From Penicillus capitatus (taxonomy: Eukaryota; Plantae; Chlorophyta), in NCBI GenBank assembly GCA_965649825.1, contig OZ287702.1, positions 734,786 to 798,785 on the forward strand: a stretch of 64,000 nt of DNA, read 5' to 3'. Made by a program: the position numbers and the translations under genes. Each line of letters opens with the position of its first letter. Position 1 is the first letter of the stretch. Positions 12,521-24,476 of this stretch are shown piece after piece. The notes under the pieces are model-generated. The model did no database searches. It was not told where the DNA came from and saw only the letters and a program-made list of their open reading frames with translations.

Positions 12521-14187
12521 ATGCTGTCGACTGAACGCTGCGATCTCTCGGTTCCTCGTCGACGGCACGCTCTACGCACTTTTGTGTCGATACTAAGAAC
12601 GTCATACTGCGAGACTGTCGTTATCTTGCGGTTCCGGATCGTATTCCTCTGTTCTCGAAAGCATGCAAGACATCGCCACACTCACCTGACTGGCAGAAAA
12701 ATCTATTATTAGGTGTCTGGCATAGACGTCAGAAAGGCGTTGAGCGCTCACCTTTTTGTACTTCGGGGTGTTTTGTCTGATCAAACGTCCAATGAAGAAT
12801 CATCTATCGCACAGAAGATGTCGAGATTTCTAAACCCTCATTGCTCGCAGCCGCTTCTCGTATCACAGACGATCCAGCAGGACGCCCTTTCTCTCAATCC
12901 TACGTCCAAGGAAGAATTGGTCGATTGGCATAGGAGTCCGCTGAATGCTCCGATCAAACCCAACTGGTTCGTAAGCAGCAGGTCGGAAGCTGCAGATTTG
13001 GCGATGATGCAAATCAATCTCCTTCACTAGGAAGCTCAGTTATTTTGCAGAACGGGCACAGCACGAGCGATCACATACATCCAGCCTTCATTTTCAGGAA
13101 CCTGCCCCACGCCCTCCTCTCTTCCCGTCTTTACCGACATCCCCGAGCTTCCTTGTGCGATTCACAACGATTGGTAAGTAGTTTTCTCTTCTCTTCATGG
13201 GCGTGTGCCTGGCGTGACGCGACACACGACTGACGCAAGACGCCTCGGGCGCATACGGATACATGACACATAGGCGTGTGCCGGGCACACGCCATCTTGC
13301 CATACCCGCCGGCCTTTCGCTTCATGTTCCGTCTCTCGCTGTCTTCTATCGCTTCTACGAGAACGGCATATCTCTGTCGTTCTTTTCTCTCAACGTACTT
13401 CGCTGTCTATGGCTATTCTTGAAAAAGGCGTTCGACAATTCTGCATCCCGTCTCGGTCAAAGCCTTTTGTGTCACCTCACTGTCGTCCAAAACTCTTAGA
13501 CACACAACGAAGAGCCTCTGGACGAGGCAGCTTCGTCGGACGCGGGAGGTCAGCACATCTTGACGCTTCGCCCCGATGACGCAGTTGCGTATGACAGGAC
13601 GGTGCCTGCGCTCTCGGCACAGCACATGTCAGCATCGCTATCAACTTACAACCCGCTGCTTCTTCGAAGAGAGAATCAACTTTTTGAGTCCTGCCTTGTC
13701 GAACTCGTCCAACATCTCGACGAGGCACCGCTCGTGCAATGTCTCGAAATCTTTGACGGACTTCAATTTGAGCACCATTCCATATCACCAGTAAGGAAAT
13801 GCGTTCCGTTTGAGAACGCCATTGAATCGTGTGGTTCAGGAGGATCACGATGCTGTGCCAGTTGGAATGGATGCGGACGTTTTGGTTCTGTGTCAGCCCG
13901 TTCCTCAACGGGCTAAACTTGGATGGTCTTCTGCGATGGCCATCGCTGGAAAAGTTGGCGATTGTTGCGAACATGACGAGATCCCCCATCAAATGTGCAA
14001 TAAGGCAAGCCAGTTTTGGGGATTGGTGATAAAATCATCCGTTTGTCCGGAACTCCAAGGGTGCTATCTCATGCGCACAACCCGTACGAAAGAAAACTGT
14101 GGTTGCCCGTGCACGCATTACTCTGTGAAGAGAATCTGTTCTGGAATCCCGTTAGATGACCAGTACGACGCCCTATGGCTCGTTTAG
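12521..14187 (+). CDS. Hypothetical multi-exon protein; family not recognised, boundaries uncertain
   Basis: Consecutive plus-strand protein-like ORF pieces (12713-13030, 13560-13916, 13810-14187) in a gene-dense region. I recognised no motif. Confidence 0.35.
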
Positions 14188-14786
14188 CTCATCTATCGAT
14201 TGTTTCATTTCATGCTCTGACTAGACTGGTCTAGTAAACACTGACAAAACCTTTAATAGATAAGATCTTGGCCAGACTTAACAGCAGATTTGTTACAAAC
14301 GAAATTCAAGTTATGCTTTATGCTTATGGAATCAAGTGCTGCTTTATCGAGATGGACTTCCGACGTCGATCGTTATTTTGACGGCATCATCATCGACCGT
14401 GCTGCCCAAAAGGCTCAGCTTTTTTGATGAAAGTGGATAGGGTCTCGACAGATGGGCTTCCGAGAATGACGTCGCGCTGCAGGGTGGGATCCAGTTTATG
14501 TGTAACGCGCATCTCGGAACGGTAGGGAACGAGAATGGATGCATGACGGTACGTGCGACAAGACATTATAGATTGGTCCCCTTGCTGCGACATCTATCAT
14601 CCATTTACCGATGTCGTTGCATACGACTGAGAAGACAGGAATCGATATTGGCCGATTCGATTGGTACGATGTCACGGATTTGCGTTATCGATGGCAATTG
14701 TCGGTTGACTAAGCGACCTGTCTCTCGATTCTTCGAGGAACGCGCAATAGCAAGATCACTTCGCTCGGCGACCGCGTGTTGTGTCC

Positions 14787-15803
14787 ATGCGAATTTCGGT
14801 CAAGCCACAAGATCACACTTCTCACTCTTTACTGCGTTATGCTTCGTCAGATCGGCGTCGTGCTCTGTTGGGGTTAGGTCTTGGAACCTTCTTTACTTCG
14901 ACCTTCATCGCGGAACCCTCTTCAGCGACGGCCGAAGTACTTCAGGCTCAAGAGAGGGCATGATCTGATTGGCGTTTGCAGTACAGAATCGAGTCATTGA
15001 TTCCGACGGACATTGATTTTGGAGCCGTCAAAGATCCGACATTGGCATACGAATTCCTCTATCCTAAACAGGACCTGACCGGCAACGCTTTGCCCATTGG
15101 GTTCTACCGAAAACCTATCCGCTACACCTTGGCGGCATCGCAAAGTGTAGAAGGCCGACAGCACATCGTTTGTGGACTCGTAACGCTGTCAGACATTGTC
15201 GAATCTCTCTTCCTGTATTCTGACTTTAAGGGAGCTTTCGAGAAAGGAATTGTAGTAACCGTAGCCGTGGGTCCTCCACCAGAGTCTCCAGAATTTGATG
15301 TGTCGAAATCGTCAGCCATGTCAGTTGCCGAAGCAGTGCTCTCGGACCTGTACACCTCACTCTTTCCTCACTCAGTCATTAACCCCTTTCTTTTCTTGCA
15401 ATGGTGAAGGTCTATCTCGAGGCAATCAGGGGATCAGAGAGTTCCCATTTCGGCCATCGAGAATGCCAAGACCGAAGAGCGATTTGGGGGTACCTACTGG
15501 ACCTACGAGAGCATCCTGATGGTAACCATTGGACAGTGGGCCCAGATCTGGCCTTCATTTGCGTAGGCCTCTCCGACAAGCTCCGATCGATCGAAGGAGA
15601 CATACCGTCACACGTTGAATGTCACTTCTCTCCGCAATGGCGCTGCCGGCACACCCTTTCTCTATACGCTGAGTCTAAGCTGTCCTCAAGAGCAGTGGGA
15701 GAATCTGAGTCCTCTCTTCGATTTCTGTGCCTCGTCTTTTCGTCTGACGCCACTGACCTCCAAATACGTTGCTCCCGACCAGTCGAATTTTCTCATTTTT
15801 TAA
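14787..15803 (+). CDS. PPD7: Thylakoid-lumen PsbP domain protein PPD7-like; spliced
   Basis: Twin-arginine lumen signal (DRRRALLGLG...ATA), then YEFLYP, RKPIRY, IVVTVAVGPP, SVAEAVLSD, GGTYWTYE and FLYTLSLS...QWENLSPLFDFCASSFRLTPLTSKYVAP, collinear with plant PPD7. Start is uncertain. Confidence 0.75.
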
Positions 15804-15864
15804 AACAAGTTTTCAGTTAAAGTGTCCAGAAATGCGGATGCTGGAGAAATGATCTCCTTATTCC

Positions 15865-16803
15865 TCAATTGTCTTTGGGCTTTCCATTTGCTGGTGGCTT
15901 GGCATCGGAGAATGGTGTTTGCTTGGCGGCGGATTTTTTCGGTGTCGTTCCAGTGCGTCCTCTCGCCAGGACTCGGACAATCTTGATCATCCAAAAGATC
16001 TGAAGGGCATAAAGAAACAGCAGCAGCAGGTTGCCCACGAGAAGCAAATGCTCTCCAAATGCCTCGACGTTTTCTTCATAGGCATCAATGTATCCCATCT
16101 TCATCACCGTCATCGGAAACATCACGACACGCGAAAGGAAGAATACCAATCCAAACAGACCAAAGAGCAACGCCCTCGTACGGCGCAAATCCATCACATA
16201 CGCCACCTATCATCCACCGCTTAGTATATCCGAGAAAGCACGAGGTGTGCATATATGGACCTTAGATAAATGCAAGAAGGGATTGCTGATATTGAAGACG
16301 GAGAGCGTAAGGACGCCAACGAGGAAGAGGTTCTTTATGTAGCAGAAAGCAATGATCACCAGTGAGCCAATGTGATGATAGAACATGAGATTGTCGATGG
16401 GGACACCTGTGGCAGTGATTCCCCGCGTCACCTGATGCATATACCATCCAGTCTCGATCCTCAGGAGATACACCACATTCATTGCCACCGCATTATCAGG
16501 CCAGTTATGAACAATAGGCAGAGTGTGTGTCAGAGATGCCCCGACACCGTTGTTGAAAAAGACAGCCCATGAGGCGAGAAGCAGGATGGATGACAGAATC
16601 AATAGCCAGACTTCTTCGAAGAGGCGTTCCCCCTTTGTGAGATCTTCTTTCACTTGATGAATGCGTGCATGGCCCAGAGCCAAGTAATTTCCTGCCCAGC
16701 GTAGGACTGTAAATAGCAGAGCTACGCAGGAGCAGTAGAAGATTTCTTGTTTCGCGTCTAGGTCGTATGCCGTAATTCGTCCGACGTCCGTCGATGCGAA
16801 CAT
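15865..16803 (-). CDS. TLC-domain ceramide synthase, LAG1/LAC1-like; one intron
   Basis: Lag1 motif region MFYHHIGSLVII...GVLTLSVFNISNPFLHLSK, plus FFLSRVVMFP and several TM helices. Confidence 0.8.
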
Positions 16804-16922
16804 TCTGCTGCCTGGTTCTGCGACGGATGCGGTCGATATGATGTGACGTGTCCTGTCAACAGAGGTCGGACATTCCGTTGTCACTATCTGCTTCGGGATA
16901 CCTTCACTGTGCATGTGCATTG

Positions 16923-18305
16923 ATGAGAAACGTACGCGTAGGAGATGGCAGTCCCCTTGCTCGACTATCGAGTCCGCGTCACTATACCATTAAACGCACG
17001 AGCGCTTTTGTTTCTGTCGCTATTTTTCTCCTCTTTTTCTTCCATCTGGCTTATGGACCGCCGAGCAGAGGATACTGGAGGATCGAATCACCAAACGGAG
17101 ATTCAATGAAAGGAGTGAAAGGATGGGAATGGCAAAAGATCCGTCCGCAGTGGAAACAGCGATGCATAGACGTGCACAAGACGAAAGGTCGACGGGTACT
17201 GATAACAGGATCAGCCGGGTTCATCGGATATCACACGGCAGTTGCGTTGCGAATGAGGGGCGATGCTGTCATCGGACTCGATAATTTCAACGACTACTAT
17301 CCCGTCGTTATGAAACGCGAACGAGCTAGGTCTTTAGGTTCGTCTCTGGTCACTCTCTTTTGTGTCATCTCACTCTTTTGGTACAGAATCGTTGGGAGTG
17401 TATACCATAGAGGGTGAATTGAAAGATCAAGAACTCATTCAAGGCATCATGGATGACTGCAGCATCACACACGTCATCCATCTGGCAGCACAGGCAGGTG
17501 TGCGTTACGCCAAGGAGCATCCCATGCAATACGTGGACAGCAATGTGCATGGATCCCTTACTGTCTTTGAAGCGGCGCGTCGTGCATTGGTGCCTCCTGC
17601 CATCATCTACGCCAGTTCATCGAGTGTCTACGGAAGCAATACGCAAGTGCCTTTTTCAGAGGAGGATGCCGTGGACAATCCTTCTTCGCTGTACGGAGCA
17701 ACGAAGCGCTCGGTGGAGCTGATGGCTGTCGTCTATCATCGTTTATTTTCTCTTTCTATGACGGGGCTGCGATTTTTTACGGTCTATGGACCGTATGGAC
17801 GGCCAGACATGGCCTGTTTTCAATTTGCACGTGCAATTGCCAAGCAGGAGCCAATTCAGATTTTTATGTCGGAAGATGGAACTGAGCTCGGGAGAGACTT
17901 CACGTACATCGATGATATCGTTCGCGGGATCATGGGAGCAATGGACACGACGCCTCCAAGTATCAAAGAAACATCTTCCAATCGATTATTCAATCTAGGT
18001 CACCTCTCTATCTTCTCACACATTTTGAGTGACCCTGTGATCTAGGCAACACAAGTCCTGTCTCCGTCACCGCATTTGTTCAGTCTTTGGAGCGGGCAAT
18101 GGGTCAAGAAACGGAGAAGGAGTACATGACCATACGCAACACAGGAGATGTACTGTTCACTCATGCCAATGTGACTAACGCACGCGAGGCGTTCAATTTC
18201 ACACCTGCTATCTCGCTCGATGAAGGACTGCTTCGCTTCGCTCACTGGTATAATAAATACGCACACACAATGCCCAATGAATTGTGGACATACAAGAGTA
18301 CCTAA
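16923..18305 (+). CDS. GAE: UDP-glucuronate 4-epimerase (extended SDR, N-terminal membrane anchor); spliced
   Basis: VLITGSAGFIGYH, GLDNFNDYY, HLAAQAGVRY, YASSSSVYG, SLYGATK, GLRFFTVYGPYGRPDMA, RDFTYIDDIV and GDVLFTHAN. Confidence 0.93.
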
Positions 18306-18479
18306 TGTTTGGTATCAATGAATTTTTGTTCCCTTTCCTCGTACATCTGTCAGCATTGTCGAGTGGTTTCCCGTTTTTCATTGTCGTTTTTAGAAGCCAA
18401 AGGGCAGATTTGCCAAAAGGTGATTTCGAACGACGCTGTTACATCAGTCACCATCCCTCTAAAGAATCTTCTTGTGCCG

Positions 18480-19578
18480 ATGCATCATGTGATTTGTGGC
18501 CAGCGGGCACGACTCACGACGACAATGTCCCCCGTTCTGCTGCGCCAGATAACGATGGCATCCATGAGGGATACCGCTATGATGGGACCGACGCTACGCG
18601 ATCCGTTGCCCACTCGACGCCGCCGAGTGGCTACGGCACGACGTCCGTGCACCGTAAACGGACAGCCGTCGACAACCGAGGAGATCGGATTCGGTTTCAG
18701 TGCCGGTGGTCTCCTATTTCCTTACTTCATTGGTGTTGCGGCCTCCTTACACGAAAACGGTCTTCTCACACGTACACACTTTTCGATGACGCCCTAGAGG
18801 GTCGCTAAGAAGATGGTATTCATTAGGGGAGACCAAAATGGCTGGATCTTCGGCAGGATCCTTGATTTCGGCTTTCTATCACGCTGGAATGTCTCCCGAG
18901 GTTCTGATGGAAGGCTGTCTGCGGGTGACAGGAGACTGCCGAGTCAATGGTACTCGTGGAAGATTGCGTACCGTTTTGAATCAGGTGGCACAGGAGCTCC
19001 TGCCAGACGATGCACACGTTCACTGTACAGGACGCGCCTTCATCTCGATCACACGTCTCTATCCCTTGAGAAACGAACTCATCTCAGAATTCGATACCAG
19101 AGACGATCTGCTGACGGCGCTTCTGGCCTCCTGTCACGTCCCAGTCTGGTTCGATAACAGTATTTTGACGCGGTACCGTCAAGGACTGTGTATGGATGGA
19201 GGATTGACCAATCTCATTCCCACCCCTCCCGTCCCACGCGTTATTCGGGTTTCCTGTTTTCCTATGAAAGGCTGGGGCGATGATTACCGAGTGAAGATCG
19301 CACCAGACTGCTTTCGACGGAGCAAGTACACGATGCAGGAGCTTCTGAACATGGCTTTGCAACCTCCCGATGAAGAGCGCCTATTTGAGCTCTTTGAGAT
19401 AGGACGACGCGATGCCCAAGACTATGCCGATCAGTATACCATACCCTCACTTGACGAAGAGAGCGGTCCAGAATTCCTCCTGGATGAAGAGGACATTCCG
19501 GACGAGACCGGACCGAATCTGTGGAAACGTGTGCGGTCCGTTTTTGGAATGTCTAAGGAAGAGACGACGGCGGTCTGA
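18480..19578 (+). CDS. Patatin-like phospholipase / TAG lipase (PNPLA-like); one intron
   Basis: FSAGGLLFPYFIGV (oxyanion loop), AGSSAGS (GxSxG nucleophile) and MDGG (catalytic Asp). Start is uncertain. Confidence 0.88.
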
Positions 19579-19615
19579 GAGAGATCTTTGTTAGGATGCT
19601 ATCATTCATATTGTT

Positions 19616-21097
19616 CTATTCAGTGATTCTTAAGATTCTGATGCAGCCATTGGCACAACCGGCAGCCAGCCACGTGGTCTGTTGTCCGTTTGGACTGAAA
19701 CGAAGGCAGTGAACGGTCTGATGTTCAAAGGCAGATCCGCTGTCGGCATGGGAGTCTTCGGCTTTGGGTTTCTTGGACGCAAATTTAGCACCTCCGATGT
19801 AAACGCCACCGATCTTTCTGAAATCCGAAGCCGTGATCACACGCAGCGTTTCGGTTTCGGTATCAAATTTCATGGCGCCGGCACAGATATGGGGTTTACG
19901 GTAACGCGTGTCTCCCACGTTTTCTTTGGCAAAGACGGCGATCTCTCCATCTTCGCCGCCGTAACTGACGAGGGAACTGCAGGGAGAGCAGCAAATGGCA
20001 TGGATGGTTCCTTTGTTGAGGCCGGAGTAGACATGGAAGACGGGTTGATCGAGTTGATTGGTGAAACCTGACATCTCTAAAGGCAGTTGACGGATCGAGG
20101 CATCTTCTAAGGCAATGAAGACGCTCAAGGGATTTCCAGACACATCGGCATCCATCAACCACCATCTGGTCAACGTCCAGTCCAGAAGCGGCTGAAACAT
20201 GTTTGTCCGATTCCAGATCGTAAAGTGTCCGCTGTGGCCAACGGAACAGAAACAGTGGCGAATGAGGGCGTCGGATTCTGCATCCTGTACAGGCGGAGGT
20301 CTGAGCCAGACGACTCGGCGCAGTGCCAAAGAATCGATGGAATGATGGAGAAGGAGCTGTGCCTCGCCTCTTTCCTGAAAAGGCAATGCCCAGAGGGTCA
20401 CACTCCCGTTCCAGCTGCCCATCAGCAGAAGGTCATGCGGCATTGCTGGATGCCAGTCCAGACAGCTAACGAGGCTGCCGCTCAGGGCAAAAGGAGAGAC
20501 ACGTATCCACGGCTCCACGTGCACCAATTGCCGTTCTTCATTTGGCTCTGGCACCGCCACAATCTGCACATCTCCGTTTCCCAGTGCCATGGCCAACAAG
20601 CCTAGGGAAGAGAATGTCCGCGGAATGTCTTTCATCAACAGACTTGCATCTGGACACCATTGCAGACAGGAACAGATTCCTCCCTCGTGTACTATGCCTA
20701 ATGCCATCTGCGCCGCCGGTCTTCCCTGATGAAGCTCAGCTTCGATTGTCCAGATCTGAATGAGACCCTGTCCCCTGACAACAGTGCCAATACAGTGCCG
20801 TCTGCAATTCTTGGCATGACAGCTGAGAGCAAGGAACTCGCGTATGGGTCGCTCTTCCTGTCTTAGAGGACACCAATCGAGGGTGTTACACAGTCCACCT
20901 CCAAAGAGCACGCCGTCGCGGAAGAACGCATCTTTGGACGATTCCGGAATGCCGATGGTCAATGCTTCGAACAGAGCGATGCGCGTCGTCGTGTCGTCGG
21001 AGTTCGTGGAGAGCGACAATGGCGTCGAGGTCGATTCCAGCAGGTCGAATAGATCGACATCTGCAACCACCTCCACTTCGAGCCCCGTCGCCGACAT
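19616..21097 (-). CDS. WD40-repeat protein, TFIIIC subunit GTF3C2-like
   Basis: Single 493-aa ORF with WD-type repeats. GLIQIW, ALGIVHEGG...LQWCP and LGLLAMALGNGDVQIVAVP resemble GTF3C2 family segments. Confidence 0.7.
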   Translation of the reverse strand: MSATGLEVEVVADVDLFDLLESTSTPLSLSTNSDDTTTRIALFEALTIGIPESSKDAFFRDGVLFGGGLCNTLDWCPLRQEERPIREFLALSCHAKNCRRHCIGTVVRGQGLIQIWTIEAELHQGRPAAQMALGIVHEGGICSCLQWCPDASLLMKDIPRTFSSLGLLAMALGNGDVQIVAVPEPNEERQLVHVEPWIRVSPFALSGSLVSCLDWHPAMPHDLLLMGSWNGSVTLWALPFQERGEAQLLLHHSIDSLALRRVVWLRPPPVQDAESDALIRHCFCSVGHSGHFTIWNRTNMFQPLLDWTLTRWWLMDADVSGNPLSVFIALEDASIRQLPLEMSGFTNQLDQPVFHVYSGLNKGTIHAICCSPCSSLVSYGGEDGEIAVFAKENVGDTRYRKPHICAGAMKFDTETETLRVITASDFRKIGGVYIGGAKFASKKPKAEDSHADSGSAFEHQTVHCLRFSPNGQQTTWLAAGCANGCIRILRITE

Positions 21098-21116
21098 TTA
21101 TCAAATCACAATCGTG

Positions 21117-21586
21117 ATGGAAGGCGCCACATCCGACAGCGAAGGATGGCTGATGCCGCCCGACTACGAGCGCCTGATCAAACTCGAAAAGGTGTGATAA
21201 ACGGTCACACTTTCTTTCGTTATTTCACTCGTGGCTGGCTACGCAGTTAATTTTGGCAGCTGTGCGTGTGGCCCAGCACGTCTGCGAAGAACTGGCACAG
21301 AAGACAGAGCATGACAATAATAAGCTGCTGCATCTCTGTTCCACTTTTTCGGAAAATATTGAAGTCAAAAGAGTGACCGTGGGAAGATAGTGTGATCGAC
21401 TGTTCTTGTGTGAGACAGGTAGCCCAGATGTTGGTCCTGGAGGCGACACGGAAGCATCGTTTCCACAAGCAACAGAGCGGGAATGTCTATCAGGAGATGA
21501 ATCAGAGCACGGTCTTCGTAGAGAAACTCCATGCATTACAGAGCCACCTCGACCAAATGAAGCAGCATCTCGTATCCACTACATAG
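21117..21586 (+). CDS. MED11: Mediator complex subunit 11 (exons 21117-21191, 21247-21363, 21419-21586)
   Basis: Two 55-nt phase-0 GT-AG introns give MEGATSDSEGWLMPPDYERLIKLEKLILAAVRVAQHVCEELAQKTEHDNNKLLHLCSTFSENIEVAQMLVLEAT...VFVEKLHALQSHLDQMKQ. This aligns by eye with plant MED11 (QRLQNVENRVVKVLELAGGVMEELA...HCREF...CFQKLEYVLTQLEDLKQ). It is not visible as a single ORF. Confidence 0.75.
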
Positions 21587-22808
21587 AAAACAACACATTT
21601 TGCGAAAACGCTGTCCATGCGTAGTAACCGACAACGCAGAGCATCACTTCAAAAGCCAACCGCTTTGAGAGAGATGTCCAGCGCTCGGAATGTGAAGATG
21701 GCTTGCGCTCTCCCACTAGATCCTTGAATGTTATGTCTCCTCTGTCCTGCTGGAGAGCATAGTAGACGCCTTTGAGATGTCCTCTGCCCACGACTCCCAC
21801 GACATTCTTGGCGCCGTTTACCGCTTTCGCTCGTTTCATCGACCAAGCCAGATAGAGATCGCGCTCGTGGATCAAGGGAGATGCCAGTTCAGGGAAATAC
21901 CGCGTCACTTGATTGATAGATTCCGACAGGATGTCTTCGCTATCGAGACGGTCGTATTGGCGGCGCATCTTTGCCGCTTCACTCTGCATGTCAGCGTCGG
22001 GGAGACGGAGAGCATACAGCAGTCCGCCAAAAAGCTTGAGGCGACGAGGGAGGCTGAGGGCATCCATCGCACGTTTAAGGGTAATTTCGATTGGCCGATC
22101 GCCGAGGACAATATCGATATCCATCTCATCTGCACATTGCCGAGCTGCTCGCATGTCTACCCCGCTCTCGACGTCTAGCGAACGACCGAGTCGCCGATAG
22201 ACGATTCCCATAAGTATTCGAAAACCCAAAGCGAAGGGCCCTCCCAACTCGATCGACCGCATCACGGTTTCCGCAAAGTTCTTTCCAGACAGGACGAAAG
22301 GGTTGGACGCTTTGGATGCGAGATCTGGATGCTGTGCCTCATAGAGGACGGAGACTCGGCTCCTGCAGACTTCGACAACAAGGTTATCTGGTCGGACAGC
22401 TGTCATCACACGTATGACTGCCGCGGCAGACGTCGCTGATACGTGACACGTCCCGACGATGAAAATGCGTTTGGGTTCTTGGTAGTCGGCTTTCAGTCGA
22501 CGACCGATGCCGTCCGGCTTGGGTTCGTATACAACGAGCGAGCCGTTTTCCACGAGATCCACCAGTTCAGGGAACTCTTGAGAGACAACAGCGTGACTCT
22601 GTTCGTAGGCGACATCGCGTAGACGGTATTCTGCAGGAGGACCGGCGACAGTGACCCTCGCTTGAGCCGCCCTGCGAACACACTGGCCGTCAAAACGCCA
22701 CCCGCCGTGACTCGTGTATGGAAAACACGTGGAGAGCGATGCGCCGCCTGTGCGTTGAGGCAGACGGCTGTAACGGGACAGCGGAAGAGCGCCGACAGAT
22801 CGGAGCAT
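21579..22808 (-). CDS. TraB/PrgY family protein (TRABD-like) with transit-peptide-like N-terminus
   Basis: IFIVGTCHVSATS, VVEVCRSR, GVDMRAA, LGDRPIEITLKRA, PLIHERDLYLAWSMKR and VVGVVGRGHLKG, plus a C-terminal TM helix. Confidence 0.9.
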   Translation of the reverse strand: MLRSVGALPLSRYSRLPQRTGGASLSTCFPYTSHGGWRFDGQCVRRAAQARVTVAGPPAEYRLRDVAYEQSHAVVSQEFPELVDLVENGSLVVYEPKPDGIGRRLKADYQEPKRIFIVGTCHVSATSAAAVIRVMTAVRPDNLVVEVCRSRVSVLYEAQHPDLASKASNPFVLSGKNFAETVMRSIELGGPFALGFRILMGIVYRRLGRSLDVESGVDMRAARQCADEMDIDIVLGDRPIEITLKRAMDALSLPRRLKLFGGLLYALRLPDADMQSEAAKMRRQYDRLDSEDILSESINQVTRYFPELASPLIHERDLYLAWSMKRAKAVNGAKNVVGVVGRGHLKGVYYALQQDRGDITFKDLVGERKPSSHSERWTSLSKRLAFEVMLCVVGYYAWTAFSQNVLFSM

Positions 22809-23502
22809 TCCCTCAGTCCTGCACTGTACGACACGTCTGCCTTTCTGTTTCGTCGATCCGTGGAATTCAATGGGAATTCATCGCTGCGAATAGCGCACAG
22901 AGAACCTGCCAGCTGTACGGCTAAGGAACAGGCACCTTTGATGCATAAGTAGTCAGAATGTCATTTCTTTGTACAATTTGTTCGTTGGACAACGATTCTG
23001 TCATGCACAATAAACAGTAGCTCGGATTCGTCGAAAAAGAATAGGGGGGACCGTTGGTTCTTCTATAAGACTCAGATTATAGCCGAACAACATGATAAAT
23101 GGATGGTGAACAAAAACGAAAGGCACTTTTCGTCATGCAAGCCTCCCAAAAAGGCGGCCAGATGCCAGAACTGCTCCTTCTATGGCTTCGCTTCACGTAA
23201 TCACTGTGCAATTTTTCTGGATTTTCAGTTTTCAATTTGGCTGCCCATCAAATACTAACAACCAGCGTACGGCGATTCCCCTTTCCTCGAAATGTGCATT
23301 GCTTCTTCTTAGAGATGTGCATTTGATACTTGCGGAATTGTTATCGTCGTCGTCAAAGAAACTATTCAAGATTAGATTCGACTGCAGCATCGGTACCACT
23401 CTCCGGCGAAGCCGGGGTCCATCCCTTCAGTTGCAGTAGCGGACCCAGTCGACACCGAGAAGACTGAAAACACAAACATGTCAGAAAAATGGGAAAACGC
23501 AT

Positions 23503-24476
23503 TCACAGTATCTTACATTCAGCACTGGTCATAGGCTCCGTTGCCCGTGTCTTTCTCGAGTCGACTTCGCCAAAACCTTCCGTCGAATGCAGCAGATATG
23601 CGTTACTATGTCTATTTCTCTCGTACGTCGCCAACTGTCGTTGCAGTAATTCGATTCGTTCTCTATGGATAAGGTTCATTCGAATCTGTTCGTTCCTCTC
23701 TTGCACAGCAGCGTCTCGTTCACGAATCAAGTCTTTTTCACGCTCCATCAGCTTCTGGAGCATTTCCTTTTTGCGCTCACGAGAACGACGTGCCGAAGCT
23801 CGGTTGGCAAGAATCCTGTGGAATGGCTTGTTAGACGGTCTGGTGAAAGGAAAAGGGCTCACTGCATACCTTCGTTGTTTTTTCTTGTCATTTTCGGGAA
23901 GTTCTGGATCGATGAGTTCATCGTACTTGCGTCGACTCGTTTTGCGTACAGGTGCCACTGTCGTGTCTCCTGCGTCGTTCACCATCGCGAATTCAGTTGT
24001 TGCGTCGCTCTTCGTTCTTACAGACCGGACGTCTGTTCGATGCGTTATATCCTCGGTACGCAGCTTCGCATCTCCTTCCGACGAGGCAGTTAGCACAACG
24101 CGGGGGACAACAGGGCAACGGTTAGTACGACCATCGACAATTAAGCTGCCATTATCATCTAGATACGAGTTTTGCAATTCGCCTTCCATTATGCCATCTG
24201 TAACAGAAACGTTCAGATTCGCTGTCGTGCACAGAGGAGGTTACCGTCAACAAACGCCGTATGCCATTTCTCGCAAGGAAGCATCTCTGAGGTGGGGGGA
24301 ATCAACGCCCTACGCTCGATATACTGCTGTCGATTTGGAAGGGAAGCAGGTAGGTTCACGACCATGTCGGGAGAGCCGCGCACAATCATACGAGGTTGGA
24401 TCCTGCCAGTCGTGACAGTAGTATCCATGGCTCCTCCAACTGGTCCTGTCGCCCAATCCTGCCACATATGTTCCAT
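23503..24476 (-). CDS. bZIP transcription factor; at least one intron
   Basis: Basic region RILANRASARRSRERKK followed by a heptad coiled coil. A GT-AG intron at ~24195-24241 joins the 24476 ATG frame to the bZIP frame. Confidence 0.85.

Noticed and set aside
14220-14240. Short palindromes (ACTAGAC-TG-GTCTAGT; similarly TCTAAAC...GTTTAGA at ~54143)
   Set aside because: 7-bp stems are expected by chance in 64 kb, and bacterial-type terminators are irrelevant here.
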